The notes beneath the pieces were generated by a model. The model saw only the letters and a list, made by a program, of their open reading frames with translations, made no database searches and had not been told where the DNA came from. Below are positions 29,289-43,447 of a stretch of DNA of 64,000 bases, piece by piece. This DNA comes from Octopus sinensis (Eukaryota). The DNA lies in the NCBI RefSeq assembly GCF_006345805.1, contig NC_043014.1:33790001-33854000 (forward strand), read 5' to 3'. The first letter of the stretch is position 1. The number at the start of each line of letters is the position of its first letter. The translations under genes were made by a program, and so were the position numbers.

Positions 29289-29764
29289 GTAGTAGTAGTA
29301 GTAGTAGTAGTAGTCTAGGGGCATCCGCTAGAACAGCGCGTCGCTGCATTCTCTATTTGTCGGTGATTCCCTACTCCTGACGAGATGACCACCTTTACAC
29401 CACTCAGGCGTCGGCCCTCTAATCCATGGGTCTGTTTGTATAGTCGTTACTAGTAAGTATTTTACGAGCTCGGAATGCAAATCCTGCCTCAACCTCTCTT
29501 AGTCGACTTTTACGATATGCACAGGTAACGTTGGGTCTATTCTTTGACATACCGGTTCCCACACAGCACGCCTAACGAAAAATGACCTTGAATTTTTTCG
29601 GTAGTGTAGCCCGCCTGATGATGAACCATGTCTTATGCAACCCACTTATCGAAAAAGGTTACCCATGACTGGTCAACCTTCTCTCAAACCCGATTTGTTG
29701 ATTTAGCAGACGGAGTATTGCATCAAATATTGAATTTGGTAGTACTATTATTAGAAAACTTAGT

Positions 29765-30222
29765 CGCAGGAGTGGCTGTGTGGTAAATAGCTTGCTTACC
29801 AACAACATGGTCTTGGGTTCAGTCCCACTGCGTAGCACCTTGGGCAAATGCCTTCTACTATAGCCTGAGGCCGACCAAAGCCTTGTGAGTGGATTTAGTA
29901 GACGGAAACTGGAAGAAGCCCGTCATATACATACATATATATATATGTGTATGTGTGTGTGTGTGTGTATGTGTGTGTGTGCGCGCGCGCGTGTGTGTGT
30001 ATGTATGTGTGTGTATATGTTTGTATGTCTGTGTTTGTCCCCCACGACATCGCTTGACAACCAATGCTGGTGTGTTTACATCCCCGTAACTTAGCGGTTC
30101 GGCAAAAAGTGACCGATAGAATAAGTACTAGGCTCACAAAGAATAAGCTCTGGGGTTGATTTGCTCGACTAAAGGCGGTGCTCCAGCATGGCCGCAATTA
30201 AATGACTGAAACAAGTAAAGGA
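29765..30222 (+). mobile_element. tRNA-headed SINE family C
   Basis: Same family as 18058-18455; partial copies at ~2585-2725, ~7440-7575, ~25985-26190, ~56460-56640. Confidence 0.8.
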
Positions 30223-30867
30223 AAGATTAAAAAAAACGTTGCCGAGCACACCCTTGTAGCTGATTAGGATAACCATCGTGTTGCATAAAGTGTATTGTTA
30301 GATAACAATATACTTTACGCTAGATGATCATTATGATATACAAGAAAGAACACATTTACAAAAAACTTACCATGGTCGTACTCAGATGAACTTAAAATAG
30401 TTTCCATGTTCAAACATATTTTTGTAATCATACACCAAAAGCTACCTACTTTGTTCATTTTTGATCAAAACCATAAGAAAAAAGATCTACAGTTTCAAAA
30501 TTTCATGTTATAACATTTTCCTTATTAAAAACAATTAATTGAGGATTTACAGTCTATTTGGAACTTAAATCCTCAAACTTGAAAGAATCCACCCCCTTTC
30601 CCGGTAGAGTCGAAAACATTATTGTTCCGGCTTGTAAAATTTCTCTCGGAGGCCCTTACTGACTCGGGTTCAACAAATCAAACAACAACAATAACAAAAA
30701 CAGCAACAGTAATTCCTTCAAGCTCTTCGTCCAACTACTTCAGTCATCTTATTAAACAATCGGATTAATTGTCTGAGAAACATGCTGTTCCTGTTAGTAG
30801 TGTGGTTGCTGCTGCTGCTGTTGTTGTGTTGTTGTTGTTGTTGTTGCTGCTGCTGCTGCTGTTGTTG

Positions 30868-30898
<31 letters not shown>

Positions 30899-31841
30899 AA
30901 ACAACAAGACGGGTAAGGGTGATTAGGTGATGGTCTAGGGCTTAGGGGCGGGAGACCCCAAGACCTTGGAAAAAACGTCTTGTTGTAGTCGAAGGCTCTT
31001 CGTTGACGCCCGACACCACTGGGAGGTGGCCCTCGAAGTTGTGGAAATGGAGATCTCCAGGTCCAAATTCCTGAACGGCTGCTGCTGCTGCAGATGATGA
31101 TGATGATGATGATTACGACGACGATGATGATGATGATTACGACGACGATGATGATGATGATGTTCGTCTTGTTATAGAAGTGGCTGTTGTTGGTACTACT
31201 GATGTTATCACCACCACGACCACCACGTCTGCCACTATCACGAGCACCTCCACCACTTTCACGAACAACTATGACTGTTACCTCCGCCACCATCACTATC
31301 ACTACCACTACCACTGTTATCATCACCGCCACCATCACCACCTCTGCTACTGTTACCACCCTTTCCAACACCATATCTACTACTACACCACCACTATTCC
31401 TACTTCAACCAAAAGTTCTCCAGCTTTGATTAACCTTTGCTTTCAGAAAATATATTTAAACATTTTTTATATGCAAGTTAGAATACTTACGAAGTAAATC
31501 AAAATAAATTCAAGCCAAATTGAAATAATCTCAAAATAAATTAACCTCGAAGCAAATTAATTTTTCTTTTAATTAAATAATGCCGTCAAACTATATTTAC
31601 GATGCCCTTAACTAGACGTTACACTATAATTTTGAACGGCAACAGTTCTTGAACAAGTTTCAAAACGCCTTTCATGAGTTTAAGAGAATCATCTGTTTTG
31701 AAAACAGTTACTTCGACAACAAATGCACTTGTTTCATGGATATCATTTTTCTATGAAGACAGTTTGCTATAGTTTGCTATAGTTTGCCAAAGTTTAGATG
31801 TAACTGTCACAATTATTTTTCCATCTTAACTATGAGCGTTC

Positions 31842-32362
31842 ATCAATCAACGCTGCTTAACTACATCGCGAATCAAATATGATGCACAAACTCTGCTTAT
31901 CCAATTATATGTTGCTGTTTTCCTAACATTATGCGCAAAAGCAATAGATTCTTAGTCCTTTTGTTCTGCGGCAGATAGTTCATAGTATCTGAGAGAACAG
32001 TGAACACTCATAGTTATGACTGAAAACTCATTTTGTTCCGCAGCAAAGAGTACATACAAGTATCAGTTGAAACCCTGTCTATTTCCCTGTTTAACACCGC
32101 GTGATATAGCAGTACTTATAGCTATTGATTGCTGCTTTGTGACTGATCTCTAAAATTTGTCGCTTGGCTGTCGAAGGAATAGGACCAAGGCACAGTAAAG
32201 GAAAACTTGAATGCTGTCCCATGAGAACAGTTCACGCCTTACTTCTTACTCGTTACTTTTTGTCAAAGTATGAGATGGCTTTCGTCCCTCAGCTGCGTCT
32301 TACTTACTAGATTTGGCCCTTGCAGACTCCCCACCTCCACTAAATTTGAAATCTACCTTGAA
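31842..32362 (+). repeat. Partner copy of 28186-28724
   Basis: ATCAATCAACG...AAATCTACCTTGAA. Confidence 0.85.
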
Positions 32363-34678
32363 GATGTTCCCAAATTTATTATGTGCGCTACATTAATGTG
32401 TAATTGGGTATGTATATGTGAATAGAAGTCTGCATATTTATATTACGTTACAAAGAACTGTGAGTCAGTATATGTACATGTACGTGTGTGTATGTTTGAA
32501 TGTATGTGCGTCATTATTCAGGTTTATTTCAAGATTTCTTGCCAATAGAGAAAGAACCTATTTCTAACCTAGATCCAAGTCTCCTTCATTAGAATTTCAA
32601 CAACATCAACAAGTTATTTTTAAATGTATGTGTGCATATGCAGTATTTTGAGTTAGTACATGTGCAGATGTGTATGTTTTGTTTTATGTATATATTCTCA
32701 TGCATATAGTTGCGCATATATACTTAAATGATAAACTTCTAGAAAATTTTACAGATCTTTACAGTTCTAGTGATGGCTTGAATCTGTAGCCTTCGAATCA
32801 GCTTTCTCCCTTTTGGTTTTGAGAAACCTAATTTCACAAGATTGGTACTTAGGCAGTGTGTTACATATCCCAAAACCCCAATAATTACATGTATAAACTT
32901 GAACTTTTAATCTGGGTAGAGTAACTATAGATTCCTTAATAGTCCAGCGTAGGTATTTATTTTCACTTTATGTTAACATCTGCTGGGCAGCTGATTTCTA
33001 CTACTGTATATAGTTTCTTTTCTCAGTCCCAAATCACTATGTCAGGTCTGTTATCCTTACACTCCACCAATACTCCTTCTTACTATGAGTGGCTATGTCC
33101 TCTACCATACTGTGGCTCCTTATTGTATGTACGTAAATACGTATGTATATATGTAAGTATGTATGTATGCATGTATGTATGTACTAACATTCACTGAGTT
33201 TTCACTAAAAACTACTAAACCAACGCTATTCGTTGTCCAAGACAGCTCCCTTTCTTGTTGCCCTTCCTCTTTCTATTCTCTTCACATACACAGATTCAGA
33301 GTCAACAAGACGGCCAAGGTGGCCAGCCTCCCGACCAAACAAGTTTCTCCAATTCGCTTTAAAATAACAACCACTCTTACCATTTTCAAACCACCAACTC
33401 CACCATTCCCTTCATTTCCATTACCGTCCTTCGAATCACCTTGTCCATCTACCCCTTTCCTAAACACACATTAACACATTCGCTTACTCATATATATATA
33501 TATATAAACACAGAAACACGCACTTTACACATATCCACACAACACTTATATCCTCATTGCTCTGATTTATCCGCGTTAGCGCTTTCTCGCTTCTTTTAAC
33601 TAGGATATTCAACCTTCGGTCGACATGTGATCCGTTTCAGATTCATAGATTCATCGCCCCGCCGCACCCAACACCACCCAGCCCAACCCACACCCCGTCA
33701 AAAAAAAAGGGGGATTAAAAGATGAGAAATGAAAGGAAGTTAGTAAAGGAGGAAGAAACGATTCAAACCTCTGGGTTTTACAAACCAATGAAAATAATGG
33801 CAAAGAGGGAGTCAGGTGGTGGTGGTGGTGGTCGTCGTCGTCGTCGTCGTGGAGTTGGTGGTGTTGGTGGTGGTGGTTTCGTTAACGATGGTGGGTGGTG
33901 GTGGGGGTTGTGGCAGGCGGTGATGATACTGGTAGTGGTGCCGGTGGTGGTGGTGGGGGTAGTGGTGGTGATGGTGGTGGTGGTGGTGGTGGTGGTGGTG
34001 ACAGTGTTGGTGGTGGTGGTGGTGGTGAGTGTTGGTGGCGGTGGTAACTTTGGTGGTGATAGTGGTGGGGGTGCGCTAGTAACAGTGGTGGTGGTGGTGG
34101 TGGTGGTGGAGGTGGTAGCGGTTGCAGTTTTGGTGGCGGTTATGCGGTAGCAGTCGTGTCGGTGTAGGTTTTTTTTTTTTTAGAGGCCTGAGATTGAGTC
34201 GAGCGAATTTATCTGAGAATGCCGATAAAAATCTACGACACAAGTATATCGATGCTAGCAATTAGGATATATAACAAAAACGACAGGACCCAGGACCTAC
34301 TACCGACCTCGCCAACAATCATCTACAATTTGATCAAAGACATTCAGAAAGACCAGCGAAGCGCACGGAATGCGGGAGGTCCAGTTCAAGAAACTACGTG
34401 TTGTTGTTGTTGTTGTTGTTGTTGTACTTTTAATCGTTGTTATCGTTGTTGTTCTTACTGTCGATGTTGTTGTAGCTGTTGTTGTTGTTGTTGTTTTTCA
34501 CTTGGAGAGATTTCAATCTCAAAATACAAGAAAAAGAAGAAAAAATTTAAAATAAATTAAAAAGCTCCGATGTTTTCGTAAGAGATTTTAATACTTCATC
34601 CTCGTCGGATTTATTTCATCGTCCTTTTATAGTTTGTTGTTGCTGTTGTTGTTGTTGCTGTTGATGTTGTTGTTGTTG

Positions 34679-34729
<51 letters not shown>

Positions 34730-34882
34730 TTGTTGTCGTTGTTGTTTACTTTGGTGGAAGTGATGTGAGGAAAAGTGGATGGAGTCCGCTTTTAAAAATA
34801 TCTTCTAGTCTCTCTCCCAACTAAATTATATATTCTTAACTTTTAATCGTTCTCACCTTCTCCTTCCTTCCCTCTAACTCTC

Positions 34883-34938
<56 letters not shown>

Positions 34939-35032
34939 TGTGTGCGTGTGTGTGTGTGCCTGTGTGTACAGAAAGAAAGAGAAAGAAAGAAAAATTTGTA
35001 TATGTGTGTATATATATTTGTGTGCGCGCATG

Positions 35033-35073
<41 letters not shown>

Positions 35074-35766
35074 GTGAACACTTATAGCTACTTACATGCA
35101 TGCATACATACATACATACATACATACATACATACATACATACATACATACATACATACATACATGCATACATACATGCAAATCCTTAATTCATATGCTA
35201 CAAATGATCGCGATATCTGGGACGATAAAATCTGCAAGACCTTCTGAAGATTTAAATGATAATGGTTAAAACAAGATACTTTCTTTCACAACCTTGCTAC
35301 CAAGTAGGTGGCCAGTCAAAACTTATTCTAAAATTAAAAAGAGAAAGAGAATATATATACATGCACACATATATCTGTGAATCTACATTCCCTGAAATGT
35401 CTGCATTTATTGAAAATCTCGTATCTGACGTTGTAACTGTTCGCTTGATATTTGAAATATTTCAGTTTGAAATCATCTTCTAAATTACAAAATTTACAGA
35501 TTCTTGTCATGTGATTCTACAGTTTAAACCATTTATAAATTTTCCAATGGACATCGAACTTAATTTCTCTTTATTTCAAATTACAAATATATTTGGATAG
35601 TTTGATGACATTTCTCTTCTCTACAAATTTTGGAGGGTAGAATGTGATTGAAAAAGTGATATTTGAATTTGCCCTCCGATGTTTTGACATGTCTACTTTT
35701 GCTTCGTAAAGATAACCTCAATGTCAAAGCTTGTTGCCTCCGTGTTCCAGGACTGATTAAGTGGGC

Positions 35767-35782
35767 ATGACTACTAGTTTAT
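35767..35782 (+). CDS. Candidate BARX start-codon mini-exon (MTTSL + 1 nt)
   Basis: gggcATG ACT ACT AGT TTA T|GTAAGC: a strong donor in phase 1, matching the phase-1 acceptor at 36702. In-frame TAA at 35758-35760; acceptor-like ttgcctccgtgttccAG ends 35750. Could be chance. Confidence 0.3.
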
Positions 35783-36394
35783 GTAAGCGACATTTTACCA
35801 TTCGTGGCCGGATGGACATCTCATAATTTTAATTCTCATGTTTGATCTATATATATGACTTAATCTCAAAATGTTTCTATCAGACAATTTCCTGTAACGG
35901 TGGTTATAGAAAATGTTTTAATAGACACAAATTGAAATGCCTATTAATTAGTTAATGCTTATTAATTAGTTAATTTTTTTGTTATGTGGTTTACTGTAAG
36001 AAAGAGGTTGAGTCAGATGATTTTTTCCAAGATTTTCTATTTATTGGTGACAGAGAAATAATGGTTTAATGACTCTCATTCTTATATCCGCTTGGTTCTA
36101 GTGTATTATTATAGTAAGAGTTACAGTGAAAATAACTTCATTCTACAGGAAGCTAGAGGTTCTTCGAATATTGTTGACTAGGTTTATGAAGACTATAAAC
36201 AGATAGCTGAACGTTTTATTATTAAATATGAGCATTTAGTTTGATTTCTTATATGGCTTACGCTTAAATATGTTTAAGCTATGTAGCAATTAATACGCTA
36301 ATACATATATATATACATATATATACATAAACATATATACATACATACACATATATATACATATACATACACACATACATATATACATACATAT

Positions 36395-36428
<34 letters not shown>

Positions 36429-36437
36429 ATATATATA

Positions 36438-36490
<53 letters not shown>

Positions 36491-36642
36491 CACTTGATCA
36501 CTTGACCGACCAGTCCGTCAGGCGTCCATTTGATACCGCTGGTCATAGCACACTGTCCACTCCTCTCTGGATCGCGCCTTTCTCATCCACGTGATCCCAA
36601 TCGTCCTCCTGAAATCGTAACTCCACCGTCGTGGAGGTCTTC
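36491..36642 (-). mobile_element. RTE-clade LINE 3' fragment
   Basis: Minus strand RPPRRWSYDFRRTIGITWMRKARSREEWT followed by a short tandem tail CAAGTGATCAAGTG. Confidence 0.6.
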
Positions 36643-36679
36643 ATATATATATATATTATATATATATATATATATATAA

Positions 36680-37063
<384 letters not shown>

Positions 37064-37134
37064 TAAAAAAATACTAGCTAGCTTCTCTCCTCAAAAATAT
37101 TGGCCTTGTGACTAAATCAAAAATCATTGTCATT

Positions 37135-37551
37135 ATGAGAGCGGTGCGCTGACAGTATATTTAGAGCGTTGGGGAAATGCCTAGTGGTATTGGTTCAGGC
37201 TCTTTATGTTCTGAGTTCAAATACCACAAGGTCCACTTCGCCTTGCATCCTTTCGGGGTCGAAAACAGTTAAGTACCAGTCAACAACTAGAGTCGATGTA
37301 ATCGACTTGCCTTCTCCCACTAAAATTGCAGGCCTTGTGCCAAAATTTGAAACCAAAGAGTCGTTTACACGCCGGACAAAATGTTCAACGGTATTTCTTC
37401 TGGCTTTGCAATCTGAGTTCAAGCGTTTCTATGGTCGACTTTACCTTTCATCCTTTCGGGTCGATGAAATAAGTACTAGTTGAGCACTGGGGTCGATATA
37501 ATCGACTCATTCCCACTCCAAAATTGTTGCCCTTGTGGCAAACTTTGAAAC

Positions 37552-37555
<4 letters not shown>
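37135..37555 (+). mobile_element. Diverged SINE family A-related copies in BARX intron
   Basis: GTTCTGAGTTCAAAT...CATCCTTTCGGGGTCG...GTCGATGTAATCGACT motifs occur twice. Confidence 0.65.
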
Positions 37556-37596
<41 letters not shown>

Positions 37597-37758
37597 TATT
37601 ATTACTATTACTATATTATTATTATTATTATTATTTATTATTATTATTACTATTACTATTATTATTATTATTTATTATTATTATATTATTATTATTATTA
37701 TTACTATTATATTACTATACTATTATTATTATTATTATTATTATATTATTACTATTAC

Positions 37759-37812
<54 letters not shown>

Positions 37813-37857
37813 TATTATTATTATTATTATTATTATATTATTATTATTATTATTATT

Positions 37858-38442
37858 GAGTGAGAGAGCAGTTCATGCCATCAAAGTGACACTGGGGTAA
37901 AATATACGAAGCCCAATATACCCATCATGACTACCCGTCTGATAAAGGTACACCAGGCACATGCATCACAACCATATGTGCGCGACATGGTGATCTCATA
38001 TCAAGATAAACAGCACATGACCTTGCAGGTGGGGCCCAGTTAGAATTTTCTTCAGGTTGAGTAGCCCATCCCGCTCAAACGGTCCCTGAATAAGGGTTGT
38101 TTAAGGATGTTGAAAGAACCACCCATGTTTCCAGAGGTGAACTATCCAAACCCCAAAGAATCCCTCTCAACACATGGCTATGATGCTCCCCCACTACTTC
38201 TGCTCGTGATCAGAGATGCACATATCGTCAGCCACTAAGGGACATGCTCAACTGGTTAAGGTCAAACAACTGACAAGCAAATCTGTGGTATTGAGCAGAA
38301 TATTTGCTGTAGCCCATCTTTTATACCAAGACAAAACAATGTACATGATAACACTTCCAATCAGTTAAGATCAGAAGCCATGAGAGCCACTGCCTGGTAC
38401 TGCATCAGGGCATAGCCACTGCCTGGTACTGCATCAGGGCAT
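37858..38442 (-). mobile_element. Unclassified interspersed repeat embedded in (TTA)n
   Basis: Bounded on both sides by TTA arrays; 29-bp tandem duplication at its right end (38385-38442); second copy at 38513-38888. Confidence 0.6.
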
Positions 38443-38474
38443 TTATTATTATTATATTATTATTATTATTATTA

Positions 38475-38512
<38 letters not shown>

Positions 38513-38888
38513 GAGTGAGAGAGCAGTGCATGTCATCAAATGACGCTGGGGTAAAATATACGAAGCCCAGTATACCCATCATGACTACCCGTCTAATAAG
38601 GGTACACCAGGCACATGCATCACAACCATATGTGCGCGACATGGTGATCTCATATCAAGATAAACAGCACATGCCCTTGCAGGTGGGGCCCAGTTAGAAT
38701 TTTCTTCTGGTCGAGTAATCCATCCCGCTCAAAAGGTCCTTGAATAAGGGTTGTTTAAGGATGATGAACGAACCACCCATGTTTCCAAAGGTGAATTATT
38801 CAAATCCCAAAGAATCCCTCTCAACACATGGCTATGATGCTCCCCCACTACTTCTGCTCGTGATCAGAGATGCGCATATCGTCAGCCA
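38513..38888 (-). mobile_element. Second, truncated copy of the (TTA)n-embedded repeat
   Basis: Colinear with 37858-38233 but with many substitutions. Confidence 0.6.
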
Positions 38889-38924
38889 TAATATTATTAT
38901 TATTAATATTATTAAATATTTTTA

Positions 38925-39019
<95 letters not shown>

Positions 39020-39105
39020 TATTATTATTATTATTATTATCATTTGTTATTAATAATCTGTGTTACCCAGTTATAATTGTTACTATTTTGTCATCGTTCT
39101 GTTAG

Positions 39106-39270
39106 GTTATGCAGAAAGGCGGAACAGAACCCCCAACGAAACCAAAAGGCAGACCAAAGAAGAACTGTTTCCTTTATCCAGAAAAATGTACGGAAGGTCA
39201 GTCAATGATCAGGGAAATAGATTTAAGTGAATCGTCAAGTTGTAGCGAAACTACTCGGGAAATTGAATGA
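39106..39270 (+). CDS. BARX: BARX terminal coding exon, copy 1 (54 aa + TGA)
   Basis: tcgttctgttAG|GTTATGCAG... reads in phase 0 as VMQKGGTEPPTKPKGRPKKNCFLYPEKCTEGQSMIREIDLSESSSCSETTREIE*. PTKPKGRPKKN is the conserved post-homeodomain motif of BARX proteins and the first V supplies homeodomain position 60. Not in the ORF track (below its length cutoff). Confidence 0.88.
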   Translation, partial: VMQKGGTEPPTKPKGRPKKNCFLYPEKCTEGQSMIREIDLSESSSCSETTREIE

Positions 39271-39505
39271 AAAATACAAGTCGCGTAGAGAGTGAAGAAA
39301 AAGAACGAGGGAGACAAGAAGAAAAAAGGGGGAGAGAGGGGGGATAATGACTGGAGACAGAATGAAAGAGAATGAGCGATAAAGAGAGTTTGTGTATGTG
39401 AAAAAAAAAAGGAATAGGGAGAGATACAAAATGGTTTACAAACGGATTACACTGGACAAAATGTGAACGAATATTTTTTTCATTAATCTATATATTCAAA
39501 TGTAA

Positions 39506-39511
39506 AATAAA
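39506..39511 (+). promoter_or_regulatory. Candidate polyadenylation signal for BARX terminal exon copy 1
   Basis: AATAAA ~235 nt after the stop, just outside the duplicated block; A-rich context makes it weak. Confidence 0.3.
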
Positions 39512-39663
39512 AAAAAACAAAAACAAACAATTTTCAACGTGAAGATTATGGTACAGAACGAAAAAAATTCAGTAATACGAATGGAATATGTTACAATAAA
39601 TTGAAATATATGTGTAAAAAAAGTATATACATACATACATACATACATACATAATACATACAT

Positions 39664-39728
<65 letters not shown>

Positions 39729-39763
39729 TGTGTATGTGTGTATTTATATATACATAGATATAT

Positions 39764-39813
<50 letters not shown>

Positions 39814-40409
39814 TTACATTATAGGGCCAAAATGCCATTTGCACCTGAATGATGAACAATAGCCATTCTTATATATATAAGAGCAACAGACACTTTGATT
39901 TCAATAAAACTTAAATTTTAATACGGAATTTTATAAAATGCATCAGGAAAAGACAAAAAGAAAAGTAGACATTATCTAAAAAAAATAAATAAAATACAAT
40001 TTGGAATGTGTTGTGAATTCTGCAGGTTATTACGGATAGTTCCGGCTAAAAAAAAATGAATAATAAAGCAAAATAAAAAAATTAATTACATTACTACAAT
40101 GAATAAATATACGACAAAAGAAACCATTTTTCTTCAGTAAATAAAACTAATAAAATAAAATATAAAAGACATTTTGAGTGTATGTGTTTGTTTAGGATTT
40201 AATCTGAGACGGGCTTTAAAGATATTGTGCGGAAAAGCCAAGTTTATTAAACATGAAAAATACGTTTCTTAGCGCTTTGCCTGACGATAGCATTTTCATA
40301 AGTTTGTCCGAAACGTCCGTGCGTGTTTTCAGGCTTTTAGTTAGCCTTTGTTTCGTACCTTCTAAATAATATAAAGCTTTCTTCTCATAAGTCCCAAGTT
40401 ACTGTAGTG

Positions 40410-40611
40410 CAGTGGTTTTCAACCAGGGTTCCGCCAGTACAGTCCAGGGGTTCGGCAAGAAGTTACAAAACTGCTAAAATCGGCAGTAATTTTTAATTCT
40501 CCTGTGTACACATGTGTGCCTAAGACTATTAAATTATTGCACAGGGGTTCCTCGAGCCAGTGAAATGTTTCTTTAGGGTTCCCACTCCAGCAAAAAGTTT
40601 GAAAAGCACTG
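40410..40611. mobile_element. hAT-type MITE, 202 bp
   Basis: TIRs CAGTGGTTTTCAA / TTGAAAAGCACTG; perfect 8-bp TSD CTGTAGTG (40402-40409, 40612-40619). Confidence 0.88.
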
Positions 40612-42629
40612 CTGTAGTGTTTTGAAAAAATCTTGAGGATGTACGTTATATATAATGCATGGATGACAGAGAAATAATGTCGCATGTATTACATGTGATA
40701 TACAGGACAGTCAAAGGATTAAACAGTGTGCATTAAATGCTGTTGATCTAATAGTGCACACATTAATACTGCAGAAAGCCTTAAATAATAGCGTGTAAAT
40801 ATTGGGTTAAAAAACACTTTGGATATGAAATGTTAAAGGCTGCCTGTGGAGAAATTTCAGCAAGAAATATGGCAGAAGATACTACAACACAATACATGAT
40901 ATTTTTTAGCGTACTTATCCTGCAATGAATGTTGTAGAAACTCCGGTTAAAACATGAATTTTGAAGAGCAGTTCAATGAAATGAAATAAAATGCAAAACA
41001 GAAATATCTGATTTTTCAGTGTAAGTAACACAAGGTTCTGTAAAGTCTGTAAATTAGATATCTTCCAGGAATTTGAGCTGGGTGTCACATGTGTCTTCAA
41101 ACATGTGTGCCACAGATAAAATATTACCTGCACTTATTAAGTTCATCCAAGGACGAAATGTCATTGACGAAAACAGAACTCAGAAACAAATAACACTTTG
41201 AATGATAATCCAGGACGGGCAAAAGATGAAAGTTAATCTAATAAATTTAGCCTTTTCGCTAAAATATTTAAAATTTGATATTTAACTCTTAAACGGCGAG
41301 AAATGGTTGCATCAATATGTGTGCCAAACGAACAAAAGGCAAAGAAAAAAACATCTTATTTTTAAGGGGAAACTTCGTGTTTATTTTCGCTTTAAATAGG
41401 CACAAAAATTATAATTGTGAGTCTCTCGCTCAATAAACTTTTACAAATTCATTATTGAAGCGCGGTAAAATATTCACTTTCCTTTGCATCCGTCGTTTGA
41501 TAAATTCATCCGACATTCCCGCATTGTTCAAATTTATACTACCTGATGATGTCTGCCGTTTAAGGATTAATGTACGTATTTCTTTACTTTTGTTTTTGTT
41601 ATGGAAAAATAACAAAAGAAATGTGTTTCATTTAATAAATAAACAAATGATAATTTCAGGAGACATTTTCATTTTATAATGCAATTTGTGTACATTGGCG
41701 TCGTGTATTACATGTTTTCCCACAGGCAATACTCACGCGAGGGCATGCATGCATGCACACCACACGGGCGTGCACACACATACATGCATACATACACATA
41801 CATACATACATACATACATACATACATACATACATACATACATACATACATACACTTACATGCGTACATACACTTACATGCGTACATACATACACTTACA
41901 TGCTTAATAAATACATATATATATATATTCCAAAGATTCTCCATCTCAGATTCTTTAAATGAATGTATGCCCATATTTGGTTGCGTGCATCCACAAAATC
42001 ACAGGTAAAAAGTAATAATGCACAAACATATGTGCGCAAACGCTTGATTACTAAAACGACACGTTCACACAGACTGTAAGTGGAGGTGCATACTCCTACA
42101 TATATGCACAAATGCTAACACAACCACATTTTTATAAAACCCAGGAAGCTGTTTTAACTCAAAATGTCTTGTCAATTTGTTAGCGACTGGCTTGAAATCC
42201 ATTTACAAAAACACAAAGAAAACACGTTCATACATACACACATACATACATACATACATACATACATACATACATACATACATACTACATACATACATAC
42301 ATACACACATACACATACATACATACATACTTACATACATGCATACACGCACATACATACATATATGCATTCATACATACACACATACGTACATTCATAC
42401 ATACATACATGCTTATATTTACGCATACATACACATAAACATACATACATACATGCATACACACACACATACACACATACATACATGCATACTACATACA
42501 TACATACATACATACATACATACATACATACACACATACATACATACATACATACATACATACATACATACATACATACATACATACATACATACATACA
42601 TACATACATGCAAATATACATATATACAT

Positions 42630-43072
42630 AGCCGGATTACTAGCTCCCACTTTGAAGGGTATACATTTGCAATCCAGGAAGAGAAAATATCAACCAAGTA
42701 CCGGATGCACAAAAGAGATAGAGATGCAGGAAAAACAGTTTAATGTGACAACCGATGCAGACTTTGTGGAGTTCACACTGAAGATATCACCCACATCATA
42801 AGCAGTTGTCCGAAAATGTCATTACGGTATTATCTACCGATGAGACATGATGTTGTAGCTAGGACACTCTATAATGAAATCCGTCAGAAGGATAATCCCG
42901 AGGACAAAGAAATAAGAACCCACAATATGATAGAAACCATAACCACTCAATAAAAAGGAATACTGGTGGAATGTACCAGTGAAGACCTCTATAAAATGTA
43001 AGTACAACAGACATTATATAATGATTTGGGATAGAGAAGAGAAACTATGCACAGTCGTGGAAATTAGCTGTC
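42630..43072 (+). mobile_element. R4/Dong-type non-LTR retrotransposon fragment (CCHC knuckle + restriction-like endonuclease start)
   Basis: EGYTFAIQEE...RCRLCGVHTEDITHIISSCPKMSLRYYLPMRHDVVARTLY...YWWNVPV...IMIWDREEKLCTVVEISC, with a stop and frameshifts. Confidence 0.75.
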
Positions 43073-43282
43073 AAAAGGTTGTACAAACATAAGAGGTGAG
43101 AAGCGCATAGAGTAAGCGCATGATACGCAATAGTTCAGATAGTTCACTGTAACCACCGAGGAGATATCGCTGTATATTGCGACCGTTCAACGCTTGAAGA
43201 CTAAGCCGAAACCAGTAGCTGTGTTATTAATAATCTGTGTTGACCAGTTATAATTGTTACTATTTTGTCATCGTTCTGTTAG

Positions 43283-43447
43283 GTTATGCAGAAAGGCGGA
43301 ACAGAACCCCCAACGAAACCAAAAGGCAGACCAAAGAAGAACTGTTTCCTTTATCCAGAAAAATGTACGGAAGGTCAGTCAATGATCAGGGAAATAGATT
43401 TAAGTGAATCGTCAAGTTGTAGCGAAACTACTCGGGAAATTGAATGA
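43283..43447 (+). CDS. BARX: BARX terminal coding exon, copy 2 (alternative last exon or pseudo-exon)
   Basis: Read base by base, the 165 coding nt are identical to 39106-39270, with the same acceptor (tcgttctgttAG) and TGA at 43445-43447. Whether it is used is unknown. Confidence 0.5.
   Translation, partial: VMQKGGTEPPTKPKGRPKKNCFLYPEKCTEGQSMIREIDLSESSSCSETTREIE

Noticed and set aside
30718-31374. 218-aa minus-strand ORF with poly-Q/T/I
   Set aside because: Mostly trinucleotide repeats; the short unique part has no recognisable domain or splice context.
34170-34400. Possible BARX upstream exon after a poly-T AG
   Set aside because: Stops in all three frames within ~100 nt of the AG, no EH1 motif, only a weak donor.
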